The notes under the pieces are model-generated. The model was not told where the DNA came from and searched no databases. It saw only the letters and a list, made by a program, of their open reading frames with translations. From Antedon mediterranea (taxonomy: Eukaryota; Animalia; Echinodermata), in NCBI RefSeq assembly GCF_964355755.1, contig NC_092676.1, positions 7,479,888 through 7,543,887 of the forward strand: a stretch of DNA of 64,000 bases. The letters run 5' to 3'. The position numbers and the translations under genes were made by a program. The stretch's first letter is position 1. Each line of letters begins with the position of its first letter. Below are positions 26,030-39,734 of this stretch, piece after piece.

Positions 26030-26450
26030 TCATATCTGTTTTTTGTTTATAGTGTATGCTGACCTTGGACGTTGCACATTAGTTTTGTTTGAAAATTGTG
26101 AAGCGCTTTTTATTATATCCGTTGCGAATCACCTATTTTCGGAGTGTTAAAAATTGAATAGAATATGAATGAAAAAAAACGTGTTTAAATTTATAAATTA
26201 TACACCTGCACAAAATGTAGGCCTTAGTAACCCATACAATGTGAATGCATTTGTCGCTTTTATGCGTTCCAGTAAAATCATCTTACGTCACAGTACGTAC
26301 ACAATTTACTTTTATGTTAAAGTCGTCACATGTGGTAGGCCTACTTATGTCACGCTGTGTATCAAGATTTTGCCTATATGATAAATAATACATAACCCGT
26401 TCTTCAGTTAAAATAGATAATCATATTTATTTGTTGATCAATTATATATT
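26030..26450. repeat. Direct repeat copy B (copy A at 13800-14295)
   Basis: Direct sequence match; lacks about 100 bp present in copy A. Confidence 0.88.
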
Positions 26451-26959
26451 ACTAGATGGCACGCTCGCTTCTATTTGGACTCATTTAAACAAACTGTTCT
26501 CAAATTGTGTTTTGTATGTAACATTAAGGGTTGAGGGATGGGGGAAGAAGATATATTCTTATCCACTCAGTAACGAAATATTGTTTTTAATGTTTTAAAG
26601 GCCTATAAATAATATACCACTAAATACAGTAAAACATTTACGATTTAATACTTTGTTAAAACTCTGACTGTCATAGTCGATTGAAATAGTAAAGTACATG
26701 TAACGATACACCACTACGACGTTTATATATTTTTTAATTATTAATTAATACAAACGTTGAGAAGCAACTGTCAGTAATAAAGTTTATTTATTTGTATATT
26801 ATATGTTTATAATCTAACAGTAGGGGCCTCTCACATTAATAAAGTTTATTTGTATATTTGTGTATATTATATCTAACAGTACCAACACTCGCAGTAAGAA
26901 ATTTGCGATTCAAATTGCGATCAAAAGTGGTTAATAAATACCTTAACAGTATTGTACAG

Positions 26960-27787
26960 CATTGCAATACTATTTATGTTTATTCTTCAAGGGCCCATAA
27001 ATCTACCTACTTGCGTTAAACCATGTAGGTAAATCTATACCTCTATGGTTAAACCAAATAATTTGGAATGTTCCATTCATCACAAATCAATACATTTGTA
27101 AAAACGTATATTAAATCTATCAAAATTGTACTTTTTTAAGAAAAGCGGCCGGTCTTCAACATTATGATGATGTACTCGAGCTGTTCAACCGGTTGTCAAC
27201 CATTAAAACCAATTATCGTAGGAGGAGATACGTAAATGCGAAGCGTCCTCGTATTATTGTGTGCGGGTATTTCCAAGATTGACATCCATTAGACAGTGTG
27301 TACTACGATCGGAAAACACCCCTATTTTTTGCCAATTATTGAACCTCAATTCGTTTTAATTGTCAATAAATAATTATCTAACTTAACATCAAAAGTGTTA
27401 TGGTTTTCATTACAGTAGGTGTTCAAAATCAGTATCGACATTATGTACCGATTTATATCGTGTAAACATGCTAGAAGTTACGCGCGATTTACCTAATGTT
27501 GCCCTTACGTAAATTTATATATAGATAATTTCCTTCTTCTACGATAATTTTTTCAATATCTGAATACTGGTTGAACAGCTCGACGAGTACAGCATCATAA
27601 TGTTGAAGACAGGCCGATTTTCTTTAAAAAAATACTATTTTGATAAATTTAATATACGTTTATACAAATGTATTGATTTGTGATGAATGGAACATTCCAA
27701 CATAATTATTTGGTTTAACACAAGTACCTGTAGGTACATTATGGGCCCTTGGGAAATAAACCTAAAACCTTTAGATTAGTATTGCAA
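26960..27787. repeat. Long inverted repeat / foldback (arms ~26960-27190 and ~27569-27787)
   Basis: CAAGGGCCCATAA...GAGCTGTTCAACC mirrored by GGTTGAACAGCTC...TTATGGGCCCTTG. Confidence 0.85.
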
Positions 27788-28599
27788 ATTTCTTATTGTA
27801 ATGTGGGTATATAAACACATGTAAACGTATTACTGTGAGTGTGGGTTGACTACATAAATCATCGTGTGTATTTATTCGTTTCTGTAAACGACAACATATT
27901 ATAGTCCTGCGGTACGTACATTTGAAATTGAACAAGTTTTTACGCTGAAATTATGACTGTGTATTCGAGAACCATTTAGGTACTATTTAGACTAAAAAGC
28001 TTTTAAATTAGCTTTAGATCGTTTGTTTATTTAATGGGAACATCTTCGTCGTTTGACATAATTGACACTACAGTAGGTTTATAAAATCAAAATATATATA
28101 ACATTTTATATATAATTAAAAAAATACAAATAAATGTTACTGTTTGAATGTGAATTAAATTTAGGCGTAGCTACCTCTTATTCAATCTGATTCAAATGAA
28201 AGGAATCTATTTAAAAATTATAGATATATATATTAATACAGGGTCATTGACCAACATTTTGAAAATACAGAATAAATTCACATCAACATTGAATCCTTTT
28301 TTTTGTAAAAAAAATGTATTATTTTCCAAAACAAGCATCGTCACTGTCATAATCATCACTTTTATTTGAGTCATCTTTTTCTTTATCTTTTTCATTTTCT
28401 GTATCGGATGGTATTGCATTTTTCTTATCGCTAAGTTCTTCTGATGAAACACTTTCCTCATCACTCCACTCCTCAGATTCGGTCTCTGATTGATTCTGAG
28501 AAAGATTAATATTACATCATTGATGACGATGATATTATGACGTTTAAGATAATACCTTTTCTATACACAATGTGTTGTTTCAACAATATTTGAAATATA

Positions 28600-29020
28600 T
28601 ATAACTGTGTATTATGGCTTACAACAAGTTGTTGCAAAGCAATATATGCGCACATATAGCGATATTATCGCATAATTATTGAATTTTAAAAAGTCAATAT
28701 TTTGGGCATTTTTCGAAAAATTCCATGTAGTACAGTAAGGGATTTTTTCAGAAAATGGCAAAATTTCGACCCTTTTATTTTTACGACAAAACTGTGTATT
28801 ATGGCTCTATATAGTTGTTGCAAAACAATATATGCGCACATATAGCGATATTATTGCATAATTATTGAATTTTAAAAAGTCGATATTTGTACTATAGTAA
28901 GGGATTTTTTCAGAAAATGGCAAAATATCTACCCTATTAATTTTCGACAAAAATGTGTATGCTCTATAAGTTGTTGCAAAACAATATATGCGCACATATA
29001 GCAATATTATCGCATAATTG
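28600..29020. repeat. Tandem repeat, ~2.5 copies of 165-190 bp
   Basis: AGTTGTTGCAAA.CAATATATGCGCACATATAGC recurs near 28627, 28813 and 28969. Confidence 0.85.
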
Positions 29021-29259
29021 TAATATAATGATATACTTTTATAATTAAGAAATCAACCTTTGTATTAGGTTTCAAATATGTTCACGAACTTGGCCCAGAA
29101 AGTCCAGAGGAGAGTTTGTCCAGATGTTTTTAATGTCCATTTAGTTTATAATAGAATCCCTAAAGAAAACACTTAGCTTAACTTTGTGACCTCTCCCATT
29201 GTTAAACCAGGAGAGATCGACACTATTTAAGTACAGATTTGACAGTTTCATCCATCATA

Positions 29260-31491
29260 CACACTTAAAACTAAAGGTGCAATAAAAGGTGCAAACCTAT
29301 AAAAGGGTGCTAATTTGCACCTTTTTCTCATAAAATGGTGCAGAGTTCATAAAAGGTTTATTTTTGCACCTTTTATATCGAAAAATGCAGACAAGTATAA
29401 AAGGGTGCAGAACTGCACTGCAAAGGCCCAAGTAGGCCATGGTGACTGTGTGACAAATAAGACCTATTAGATTAATGAACGCTTCTTGATATGTTTAACT
29501 TAGGGCTTCTAAAAGCTTAAAAGGTGATGATAAGGACAATTTTTTTAGAATGACATTATTGTGGTAAGTTAAAACAAAAATAAGAAAGATTAATAATAAT
29601 ATAGATAGGTTTGTGGGGACAGCTATCGGAATTCGAACAAATCTTTTTTTTACGGAACATTAGAAAGTCGCTGGCTTGTAACTGAAAATTAAAGTTTAAT
29701 ACCTTTAACATGATAAATTCAAAGGTTCAACTGGGCACCCTATAAGGTTTAACATCAGTTAAAAGGTGCATAATAGCACCTTTTTGTACAATTTTCGTAC
29801 CGTATGCGCACGCAAGATGTCTGTAAACAATTGTTAAAATATTGAATTTCAGCCGGTTATTTACTCTGGTTTGCTTAAGTCTAGAATAAGTAAACTTTTC
29901 TTTCATATTTAACAATATTAATAGAATATCTAATATCATAATGTAGGCATCTGTTCTAAATTTATTTGAAACAGGAATTGAACAATAATTTTAAGCGCGT
30001 GCGGTTGTTAAACATGCAGTTTGAATTGAGGAGTTTGCGCCCAAAAAATCAGGCTATAAAATTAAACTAGGCCTAGCTCCCACACCTCTCCAGTGTAGGA
30101 TAGCTGTTAAAAGTAAGTAACGAAGCTTTATAGGCATGTAGTTTGGTTGTTTTTATTAGATTAATTATTGTATAGGCCTATAAGCCTAGGCTAGGCCTAA
30201 AACTTAAAAATGATAGCTAAATAAATAAATATGGCTAGCTAGAGGCCTCCTACCTAGCCTATCTAGTAGGCGGCCTCTATTATTAGGCCTAGGCTAGGTT
30301 AAGCCTAAAGTAGGCAGTCTAGAGGCCTACTTAGCCTACAGTAGCCTTTCGGGCGGGGGCTAGTCCTAAACCAGGCCTAAAAGCAGTCCTAGGCCTAGCT
30401 AGCCGGCTAGGCCTATAATTAATAATAGGCCTAGCTAGGCAGGCCAGGGGCCTAGTTATTAATATTAGTTATTACAGTAGCTGGGTATTATTAGGCCTAG
30501 GCTATATTAAATTCTTATACACATTATCATTATTTTTAATTATAGTTACAGCCTACATGATGTCATTGTCATGGAGGGATAAAATAAGTTTAAAACATGA
30601 AAGAGCACCTCTGCTCTAATCAGCAGCAATAAAGATGTTCAGAAAAGGAGAAAGAAATGTGACCACATGTACTGTAATACTCTAGTATATAGGGCCTACT
30701 ATACTACGAGCTGCGGAAAGGGAGAGGAACATACTTTAAAGTATGTGAAACATGTGGTCAAGGTAATTTGACTTTAAAAATCAGAACATTGTCAATAATG
30801 TATTGTATGATGTTGTCATATTAATGATAATATTAATATAATAGTTTCCCTTCCTATTTCATGCTTTTTAGGAAAGTACATAATCAGGTGAAAATGTTCG
30901 GAAAAGGTGAACCAGACATCAAGAACACTGTTTCAGATATATGGGGATAAGAAGAGAATACTGCCAAAGATGTCATCATTAGATAATTTTAACAATAGGC
31001 CTATTGTTGGTTTGAGAAGAGATGGCCACACTCTATTTAAGGTGCAGAGACTGGTAATTGCCATCCATTAATTCAGCAGTTGAATTGAATAATGTAATGT
31101 TTTAAAGTTGAATAAAATTATACAAAGCTTAATCAATATTTTTTGTATTTTAGTGATTTTTATTTGTGCACCTTTTTAACAGAAATTTGAATCTTAGAGG
31201 AGCATTATTGAACCTTTTATTAGGGTGTAAAGTTGCACCTTTATTTAGAGGTTGAATTTTGCTCCTTTGGGGAGCTGCTATTGTTGCATTTAGTTTGCAC
31301 CTTTTAGGGTAGAAAATTACACCTTATATGGTGCAAATGTGAACTCCAAAGGAGCATTATAGCACCCTTTATCAGGGTTCAAAATTGCACCTTCCGTCAA
31401 AGGTGCAGTTGTGCACCTTAAAGGGAGCTGCTATTGTTGCATCGGTTTGCACCTTTTTAGGTAGAGATTTGCACCTTTTTTTTTTAGTGTG
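29260..31491. mobile_element. Non-autonomous EnSpm/CMC-like DNA transposon
   Basis: CACACTTAAAA...TTTTAGTGTG termini, TA on both flanks, many subterminal AAAAGGTGCA / TGCACCTTTT repeats at both ends. Confidence 0.75.
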
Positions 31492-31493
31492 TA

Positions 31494-34400
31494 GAAATAC
31501 CTTATTATACCGTTAATCACTTCTACGTTCTTACGGAAACTACCCCCCACCATACCCATACCAACAGTCAAACAATTACTACCCTAGCCACGAGCAGGAT
31601 TTTTAAAAAGGGGACTAGATGCCGCCTATAATCTGGCCCCCATACAAAATACGACAATTTGAAGGCAAAATACTTAGGGAATTCAGATAAGATTGATTTG
31701 TTACTTAACGACAGAAATTACGTTAAAGGAAATTTACCAGACGGTAGAAATATTTTAACTTTATTTGACAGTGGTTCAACTAGAACTATAATCTCACAAT
31801 CGTACGTTAATTCCTCACTTTATTTATCGCGTCTAAAGCCAGTTAAAGTGAACACAACTAAATTTCGATTAGGTAACGGTGACTTCTTAATATGCCAACC
31901 ACTTAGTGCAATTCGAATTATTTATCCAAGGACACAAATTTAAAATTTCAGCGTTAATCGTTAAAAATTTGACAGGTATTGACCTGATACTTGGAACCGA
32001 AACATTGTCTGAACTCGACGGTACTTTAAATTTTAAAGAAAATACATTTCGCATTAGACCAAAGATTTTTAGCTTTCGTCCAGTACACAAGATTTTTCTT
32101 AAACCCGGTGATACTAAAACAGTTAAATTAAAAGGAAGGGTTCCCGCCATTGTACGTAATTCTGATGTTGTTCTACATGCAACTACCCATATTTCAAAAC
32201 TTTGTCCATCAGATATGTTAGTAAAATTACATAGAGGAGAAAATTGATATCACTAACAACACAAACAGAAACGTATTCCTTAATACACATCAACCTATTG
32301 CGAGCCTTCACTTAACCAACCTTGTAACAGTTACTAACTACCTACCAATTGATAGAATAAAAAGTTAACCAATGACAATGCAAACAAGTACCCGCACTTG
32401 GAACGTACAGACCCATTGCTATCTCTAACTGAGGAAGAAATAATTAGAAAACAAGTTGATTTAACAGACAGCGTTTTAACACATAGAGAAAAAGAAGATT
32501 TGTATAAAACCATACAACAAAACAGAAATGCATTTTCACTATATGGTGAACTATCTAGCTGCCCAAACTTCAAAGCTGACATACACCTCTCTAATGACGA
32601 ACCATTTTTTATTCGACCATACTTCGCGACAGACAAAGACAAACATATTATTGAGACCGAATTGAACAAATTAGTCAAACTAGGAATCTTAGCAGTAGGA
32701 CACCAATCGTATACTTCCCCCGTCCTTCTTGTTTCAAAGAAAAATTCAAAAGATAAAAGAGTCGTCACAGACTTTCGCTATCTAAATTCTAGGATAAAAC
32801 GTATTAATCACCCATTCCCATTATTAGCCGAAACTTTGAAAACAATAGGTAACGCTAATGCACAGATTCTTAGCGTAATTGATTTGAAATCAGCATTTCA
32901 CTGTGTACCATTAGCCGAACATGCCCAACAATATACAGGTATAGCTTCATATCATGGTGGAAAACATTATTATTATAAGAGATTAGCACAAGGATTAAAC
33001 GTTTCGCCAGGTATATTTCAAGCAAAGATTGACGAAATTTTAAATGAAATCCCAAATTCTAGAGAATTCTGTATCGCCCATCACGATGATATTATTTTAT
33101 TTAGCCAAGACAAATTTGCTCATAAGCAGCACCTCGTTTCCGTTTTACAAGCCCTACAATTAAATGGTTTTAGAATTTGTCCAAAGAAATGTAAGTTATT
33201 TAAGAATAAAGTGCAATATATGGGACACACCATCCTGATTAATTTCTTCAGGACACGCATGTATCACACCATTAGGCGACAGGTGTGCAGCTATCCGAAA
33301 TTTGCCAGTACCACGAACCCATAAAGAAACTAAACGATTTATTGGTGCAGTAAATTATGTATCCCATTTTTTCCCTCAAATACAATCAATTTTACGTCCG
33401 TTACATACACTCGCAAGTAAACGCAAAAAATTTGTTTGGTCTACTGAACACCAGAAAGCATTTAACGAAATTAAACAATTAATGGTTAAACCACTAACTC
33501 TTCAAATGCCTAGAAAAGAAGGTAGATTTACACTATAGCGACACTTCAAGAACCGCAACAGGTTCATATTTAACACAAACAGTAAACGGTAAAGAACACA
33601 TAATAGGTTATTATTCCAAAATCTTACCACTGTCAACGATATAGCGTCACAGAATTAGAGTTATTCGGACTTTACATTAATGTTTCAGCATTTCGACACT
33701 TACTAAAGGGTTGCGAATTTGATGCATTCGTAGACCACTCAGCAATTGTACACATTTGGAATTCAAAAGATCAGCCATGTACACCCCGTTTACAGAAACT
33801 AATATTACGATTGTCCGGATACATTTTCCAAATTGGTTATAAGAAAGGAACTGAATTAGTTTTAGCAGATTTTCTCTCCCGAGCCCCTCGTGACGACGAT
33901 TCCGAAATTGATCAAGTTGTACCCATTGCATTTAATATTACAGAGACTGAATCTCTTAACCCGATCACAAACACATCTACTAAGACCAGTAACAAGGTCT
34001 TACTCTAAGAAAATGGGAATAAATATACCTGACCTACATAAATCCAAACCCAAACAAACGCCTGTCATTAATCAAAATCCAGTGACAACAAACACGCGAC
34101 CAACACCTCAACCTACCGGTACACCACAGATAAGCACGAGACAACAAACAAACGCACATCGATCACCGCCTATCATAACGCTACCTATCGTAACACCACC
34201 CCCAATAATACGTAATGTAAACATTCGACAACCTCCAGAGGAACGACTAGTAGACAAAAATAAGCAAAGCAAAGATACTACACATCGAAACGTACCAGTT
34301 GAATTGTATACATCGGCCAAACCACTAGTACCAAACATAACTTTAAATCAGCACACATCCCAAAACAACAAGACTTAGATAGATTAATGGAAGCTATTCA

Positions 34401-36100
34401 AAGAAAGATAATTAGAGATTATAACCTCCCAGTAGATGTTAAACAATTACGTGTTGAACAAGAAACTTCACAATTTTTTAAGCCAGTTTACGATTATTTA
34501 GCTCATGATATCTGTCCATCTGATAAGAAAGCAGCTCGTGCAGTTCAGAATAAGTCAGAGCAGTACATATTGTGCAACGGTTTACTATTCCGTTTATTTT
34601 TCCAAGATAAAGGTGGAGAAATTGTATTGCAATTAGCTGTTCCTGAAAACTTAGCAGAGACTATTATTTCTCAGTATCACGACAATGTGTTAAGTAGCCA
34701 CCAAGGTACGATGCGTACTTACCTTACTATTAGGAAATTATTTTACATGCCCCTTATGTTCGAGAAAGTCAACAATTATACTCAAGCGTGTCTTAGATGT
34801 CAACAATTTCGTCCCAAAACCGATAAATTACGTCCTTTACATGATCGAGTACCTGCAACTTACCGTCCCTTTCATACACTCAGTCTAGATTTTAAGAGTA
34901 TGCCAACATCACCTTCAGGTTTTAAACATATGGTAAAATGTGATGAAATTACTAGATTTTTGATTTGTGTACCCTTGAAATCCATTGATGCCGAAACAAT
35001 TTGTGGAGCACTAATTCAAAAGGTAATCAATATTTTTGGACCCCCATCTCGTCTTATTTCAGATGCAGCAACCTCCCTTACAGGAAAATTATTAACACTA
35101 TTATGTAACACCCTTAATATTGATAGGAAAATCATCAGCGTCCACAATCACGGTAGTTTACAAGTTGAACGTCATATCCGCACCGTATCGGACCTGTTAA
35201 AGGTCAACCTTAACCAATTCGGAACAGATTGGGTTAGATTTGTATCAACAACATGTTATGCTTATAACTCGTTTTCATCCCCACATCTTGGAAACCACTC
35301 CCCTTACGAATTAGTTTTTGGCCGCCAACCTCCAAGTTTGACCTCATTAGCATTTAACCCTATTTCAGGATTGTCTCATTCCTATGAAGAAAACTTTGAA
35401 CATCTCAAGAAGAAATTTCAAAACATTTCACAGACAATGCTACAATTACAGCGAACACAACAAAACGTCCACAACTGAAAAATTTCCCAACGCTTAGAAA
35501 AAAGTCCAATTTACTCAGTAGGACAACTCGTATACAAGCCAACATCATCATCACTAACGGCAAATTCAAAGAAAATCGCCGCAGAATGGGTCGGACCATT
35601 AGTAATTCATGAAGTACTAGACAGAACATCCTAGCGACGATTAAAGGAGAAATACTTCGCGACGTATGCAATTATAACAGACTGAAACCTTGTTTTATGA
35701 GAATACCCAAAGAACGCAAAAATTTTACACATCTCCAAAAACTTAAACTGTTGAATGAACCCACTGATGATAATAATGAGAAAATCCAAAACACCATTAA
35801 TGTAGTAAATGACGAAACCAATGTTGAATTTGTCGACGAATTTAAGGACCCGTTTCCTCGAATTACTACAGTCAACATTGTCGCTATTGCCATGACCACA
35901 CTTTGTTTTTTAAATTACATAACAAAATGTACAAACATTCATGCCAGGATATTAGCGGGATACGCGTACAGCAACTTTCAATTGTCGACGTCTTTCATAA
36001 AATACAACATGTTTTAAATTACGCCAGGTACAAGCAAAACAAGTTACATTCAATTTAAATATTGCGGGGAAGGGGAATACAGTACCCAGCCACGGTCATG
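31494..36100 (+). mobile_element. Gypsy/Ty3 pol (protease, RT, RNase H, integrase), frameshifted; LTRs not identified
   Basis: LFDSGS protease; DFRYLN, DLKSAF and HHDD in RT; ADFLSR; integrase H..HQG..C..C, DF, ISD, ER; WVGP. Confidence 0.9.
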
Positions 36101-36298
36101 GTAATTTGGTTATATTTTTTTCCTGATTTACAATTTCACAATACTTTCGTATGTATTATATTATTTTGATAACATTTTTGTTAAATTTAATAACTAGGCT
36201 AGAATTAGATCATACATAAATATATGTGTACAATAAAAGAAGACCCACTAAAAATCTATCTGCGCGATGCGCTAAGTGACATGAGCAACGGAAAGCGT

Positions 36299-36700
36299 TC
36301 AACTAAGTACGATTAAACACTGAAACAAACCGCCAAAACGTTTAAATATGTGGACAATACAGATACACACATGACCACACCATATGGAAAGAATATATTG
36401 TTTACGATACAAAAAAAAATCATGTACCTTTGCTCCGCAGTGACATTTGGTGGCCAAGAATTTGTCTCCTACCACTAACTCTTTTGCTTTAGTCGCCATC
36501 TCTCCATCCGTGTTGTTGTTTATATAACAACAAGGAACAACGCCACTATTTTCACCCTTGCCTCCTTCAATCACACTCCCTACGAGGAATGTCACATCCA
36601 AACCTCGCTTTTTTCGTTCTTTGAACATTTCGACAACACACAACTTGCAATTCGAAAAACTAGTCGTTTTCGCAGTATCAGAAATCGCTGTTGATTCCAT
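36299..36700 (-). CDS. Hypothetical 133-aa ORF antisense to and downstream of Gypsy pol
   Basis: ATG start, coding-like composition, Cys/His spacing CKLC...CC...CHC...H; no family recognised. Confidence 0.35.
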   Translation of the reverse strand: MESTAISDTAKTTSFSNCKLCVVEMFKERKKRGLDVTFLVGSVIEGGKGENSGVVPCCYINNNTDGEMATKAKELVVGDKFLATKCHCGAKVHDFFLYRKQYILSIWCGHVCICIVHIFKRFGGLFQCLIVLS

Positions 36701-38993
36701 TGTAACCTGGATTTAAAGCTCGGGAATATACAGAAATAATAACACAGAAACTACGGGAAATTAAAGAACAAAGTGTGGTTTATTTTTCACTGAATCATCT
36801 CACGAGGTTTTACCAGTAGGAGAGACCCGCGAATAATTACAGTATGACACGTCAAAGGTGCATTACATATGAGGGGATAACTTAACAATCGCGTATGCAT
36901 AAAAGTCTAAATATGTACAGTATATATGTTGTCCGCAAACACCACCCAATAATGTATAAGCCAATGACAAGCTCTGAACTTGACAAGTTCTCATAAATAG
37001 TAACAAAGTAGCTGTTTGTGAATAAATAAAGGCTCAACATTTATGTAAACGTTATTGGACGAATGCAAATTGTTTTACAGCACTTTTTTGGTGTATATAA
37101 CAAAATCTGAACTTTCCTTCCGGTACACTATGCAATTTACTTACATTAATTTTAACAACATACCTTTCAATATTTCTATTAAAGTTCTTCATAGTAGAGG
37201 CGCTTTCTTGATAATTGCGTAGTTATTATAGTAATACATTTTGGGATGAACAACTTGTCGCATTGGCTATACACGATAAGGAAATGAGAAAACGAATCTG
37301 TATCTAGTACTTAAAGAATGAGTGCTTTGATGCATACAACATACGGTTTACGGTAATTGGAACAACATTATCGTTTTCAGACCTCATATCACTTTCATGA
37401 AGTGTATCATTGTAACTATCGTATTAACATCTTTCGCGTCTACGTGCAAGTTAGAACTAATACATAACAGAAACTTATAAATTTCCTTATTTATTTGATT
37501 AAAACATTTTTAAGACTTAAATGTGTATTCTCCCTCTGACTAATTCCAAACAAAATAAAAAATAAAAGATTTCGACTAAAGCGGCCGTCACAAAGAATTA
37601 GTCGAAAATATAATTTAGAAATCATTTAACTGAAATACTGACCTTTTTTTGTTACAAAAAAAAACTGTGTCTTCCAGCCAAAGTTGTTGATTAAAACATA
37701 TCTTAGAATGTAACGCGCTTATTTGGATACTCTGTATACATAATTATAAATATTCCTGGTAATCTGTGTGAAAACACTTTCTCAATCGTGACGAGTTGCA
37801 ACATTCCGATCCTAATTAGCATTATGCGCAACGAATACTTGTGGTTTGGAATCTGTGTTTACTTTCGCTAACGGCGATCTTGCAGAAAAATGTAATCAAA
37901 TGAATTGACATGATAATTTCATAAAAATGTTGTCTTGGGCTCGAATGTCTATTTCAAGTGAATAACTTTAATATTACTTTGATAGGGCCAATTTAAATTT
38001 AGAAACGTTTACCTTCATTTTATTGTGTTTCAAGGGACAATACATTGTAAAATAAATTTGATATACCCGTGTAGCAGTTGCAGACAAGTTTGTTTACTTA
38101 CAGGAACCATTTCGGAAGTAATAAACGTTTCAAGTTATCTCTTGTCCGTTCCGAGAATTTTACGCTATCTATTTTAATGTATCTAATTTAATGCAAATAT
38201 TCGTACATATTGATAAGTGAGCACTTGTAATGTTTTGATACTAAAGCATCACTACTTGACTGTCTACTAGAGGGTTCACTTGCGCACCCTATAGTGGATG
38301 TACTTGAATAGTCTTCGAAAACATGACCAACGCCTCTGGGAATAGAGACCTAGTTGACATGTATGCATAATTATGAGTAATTGGTATTAATCATAAGAAC
38401 ATTATATGCAAATATTAATGTAATTGTAAAGTACAGTATACGTACAATATACATATTATATTATCTGAACGTTACAAACAGGAAGAAACCGTTAGTTGGG
38501 GTCATAAATTGACGGTCTACACATAAACCACTTCTAACGTCCTGACGTGAATAGAGTTCACGTCGGCTGTTGAAATTTATTGTTGCTGACCACCAACTTG
38601 TTATCAACGCGTACGAATTTTGGCAACAATCATGTGTTTACTAATCTGTCAAATCTTAAAATCCACTTAATAAATTCCGATACCGATTCTCAGCATGGGA
38701 TTACTGGACTTCAATAAAATATTTGATCAACTTTTTGGGCCATATTTTACGGGAACAGGCTGACAGCACCAAATACCTTTTGACGCCAATTTAAACAAGA
38801 ATATTTCTTACAAAAAACGCTGCTCGCTTATTGTTATTGCTAAGGTCAAGTCTGGGGGTCACTTCATCACGCCTAGATACTTCAAGTATCCTATTACAAA
38901 CAAAAACTTCAATGGACTGTTTTGATAATAATTCAATGATTATCTGACAGCGAATTATATCATGGGACTCATAAATACCAGAATGCTTTGGGA

Positions 38994-39170
38994 TTTGTCG
39001 TTAGACTCTTTTCTCAGCCGTTTTTGGATTCAACAGGTGGTACCAATAAATTATAGTGGAGTTTCCATTTTAACAAAAATGTCAAAGTGTAGTACTATAA
39101 AGCTGCTTGATTTCATCTAATGAATGAGTCATCTCGTGTGACGTAGCGGGCTAGAGCAGCAGCGTGAAAA
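38994..39170. repeat. Dispersed repeat, second copy of 1-170
   Basis: Direct sequence match. Confidence 0.85.
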
Positions 39171-39734
39171 TACATTTTATTAGGTGGAAACTTGCTATTT
39201 GATTTTTCATTTTTTTGGTGTTTTTAAGTTTTAAAAATACTTCAACATTAATGTGCATGCAATTAAGGTTTATACATGAATATTATATAAAGCTATTTCT
39301 TTTACTTTTTAAAAATAGACAGATTAAAAGAGTTTTAATAATATTCATAAATCTAGGCTGAATTCATAACCACACATTCCTCACCCAAACATGCTTTCAT
39401 CTTTACCCTGACAACCCATGATAGAGAAGGGCGCAGGTAGCCCTACCTCACTAGAAAAACTTAATTTAACTTAATCATTTACTTTTTTCCATTTCAAATT
39501 TATTGTAAGTTGCTTAAAAATATAAATAAAGTAATTAATTAATTTCAAGGCACTTATACAGTGAATAAGAGATTTCGCTTCCACAGTGCAATTCTATTGT
39601 GTACAGTGACCTTTGGTTGAACTAAGGTAATTGATTTGGTAGGTAAGTACAGTAAGCCTTTGGCTGATTTGTTCATTTGATACTTTTTACTTTTATTAAG
39701 CAAATCAGAAAGGGTAATACTTTATTATTTAATT

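Larger units (their letters stand above)
26452..29031 (-). mobile_element. Possible non-autonomous Helitron
   Basis: Minus strand reads A|TCATTATATT...CCATCTAG|T; internal tandem repeats (26770-26900, 28600-29020); terminal hairpin not convincing. Confidence 0.35.
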
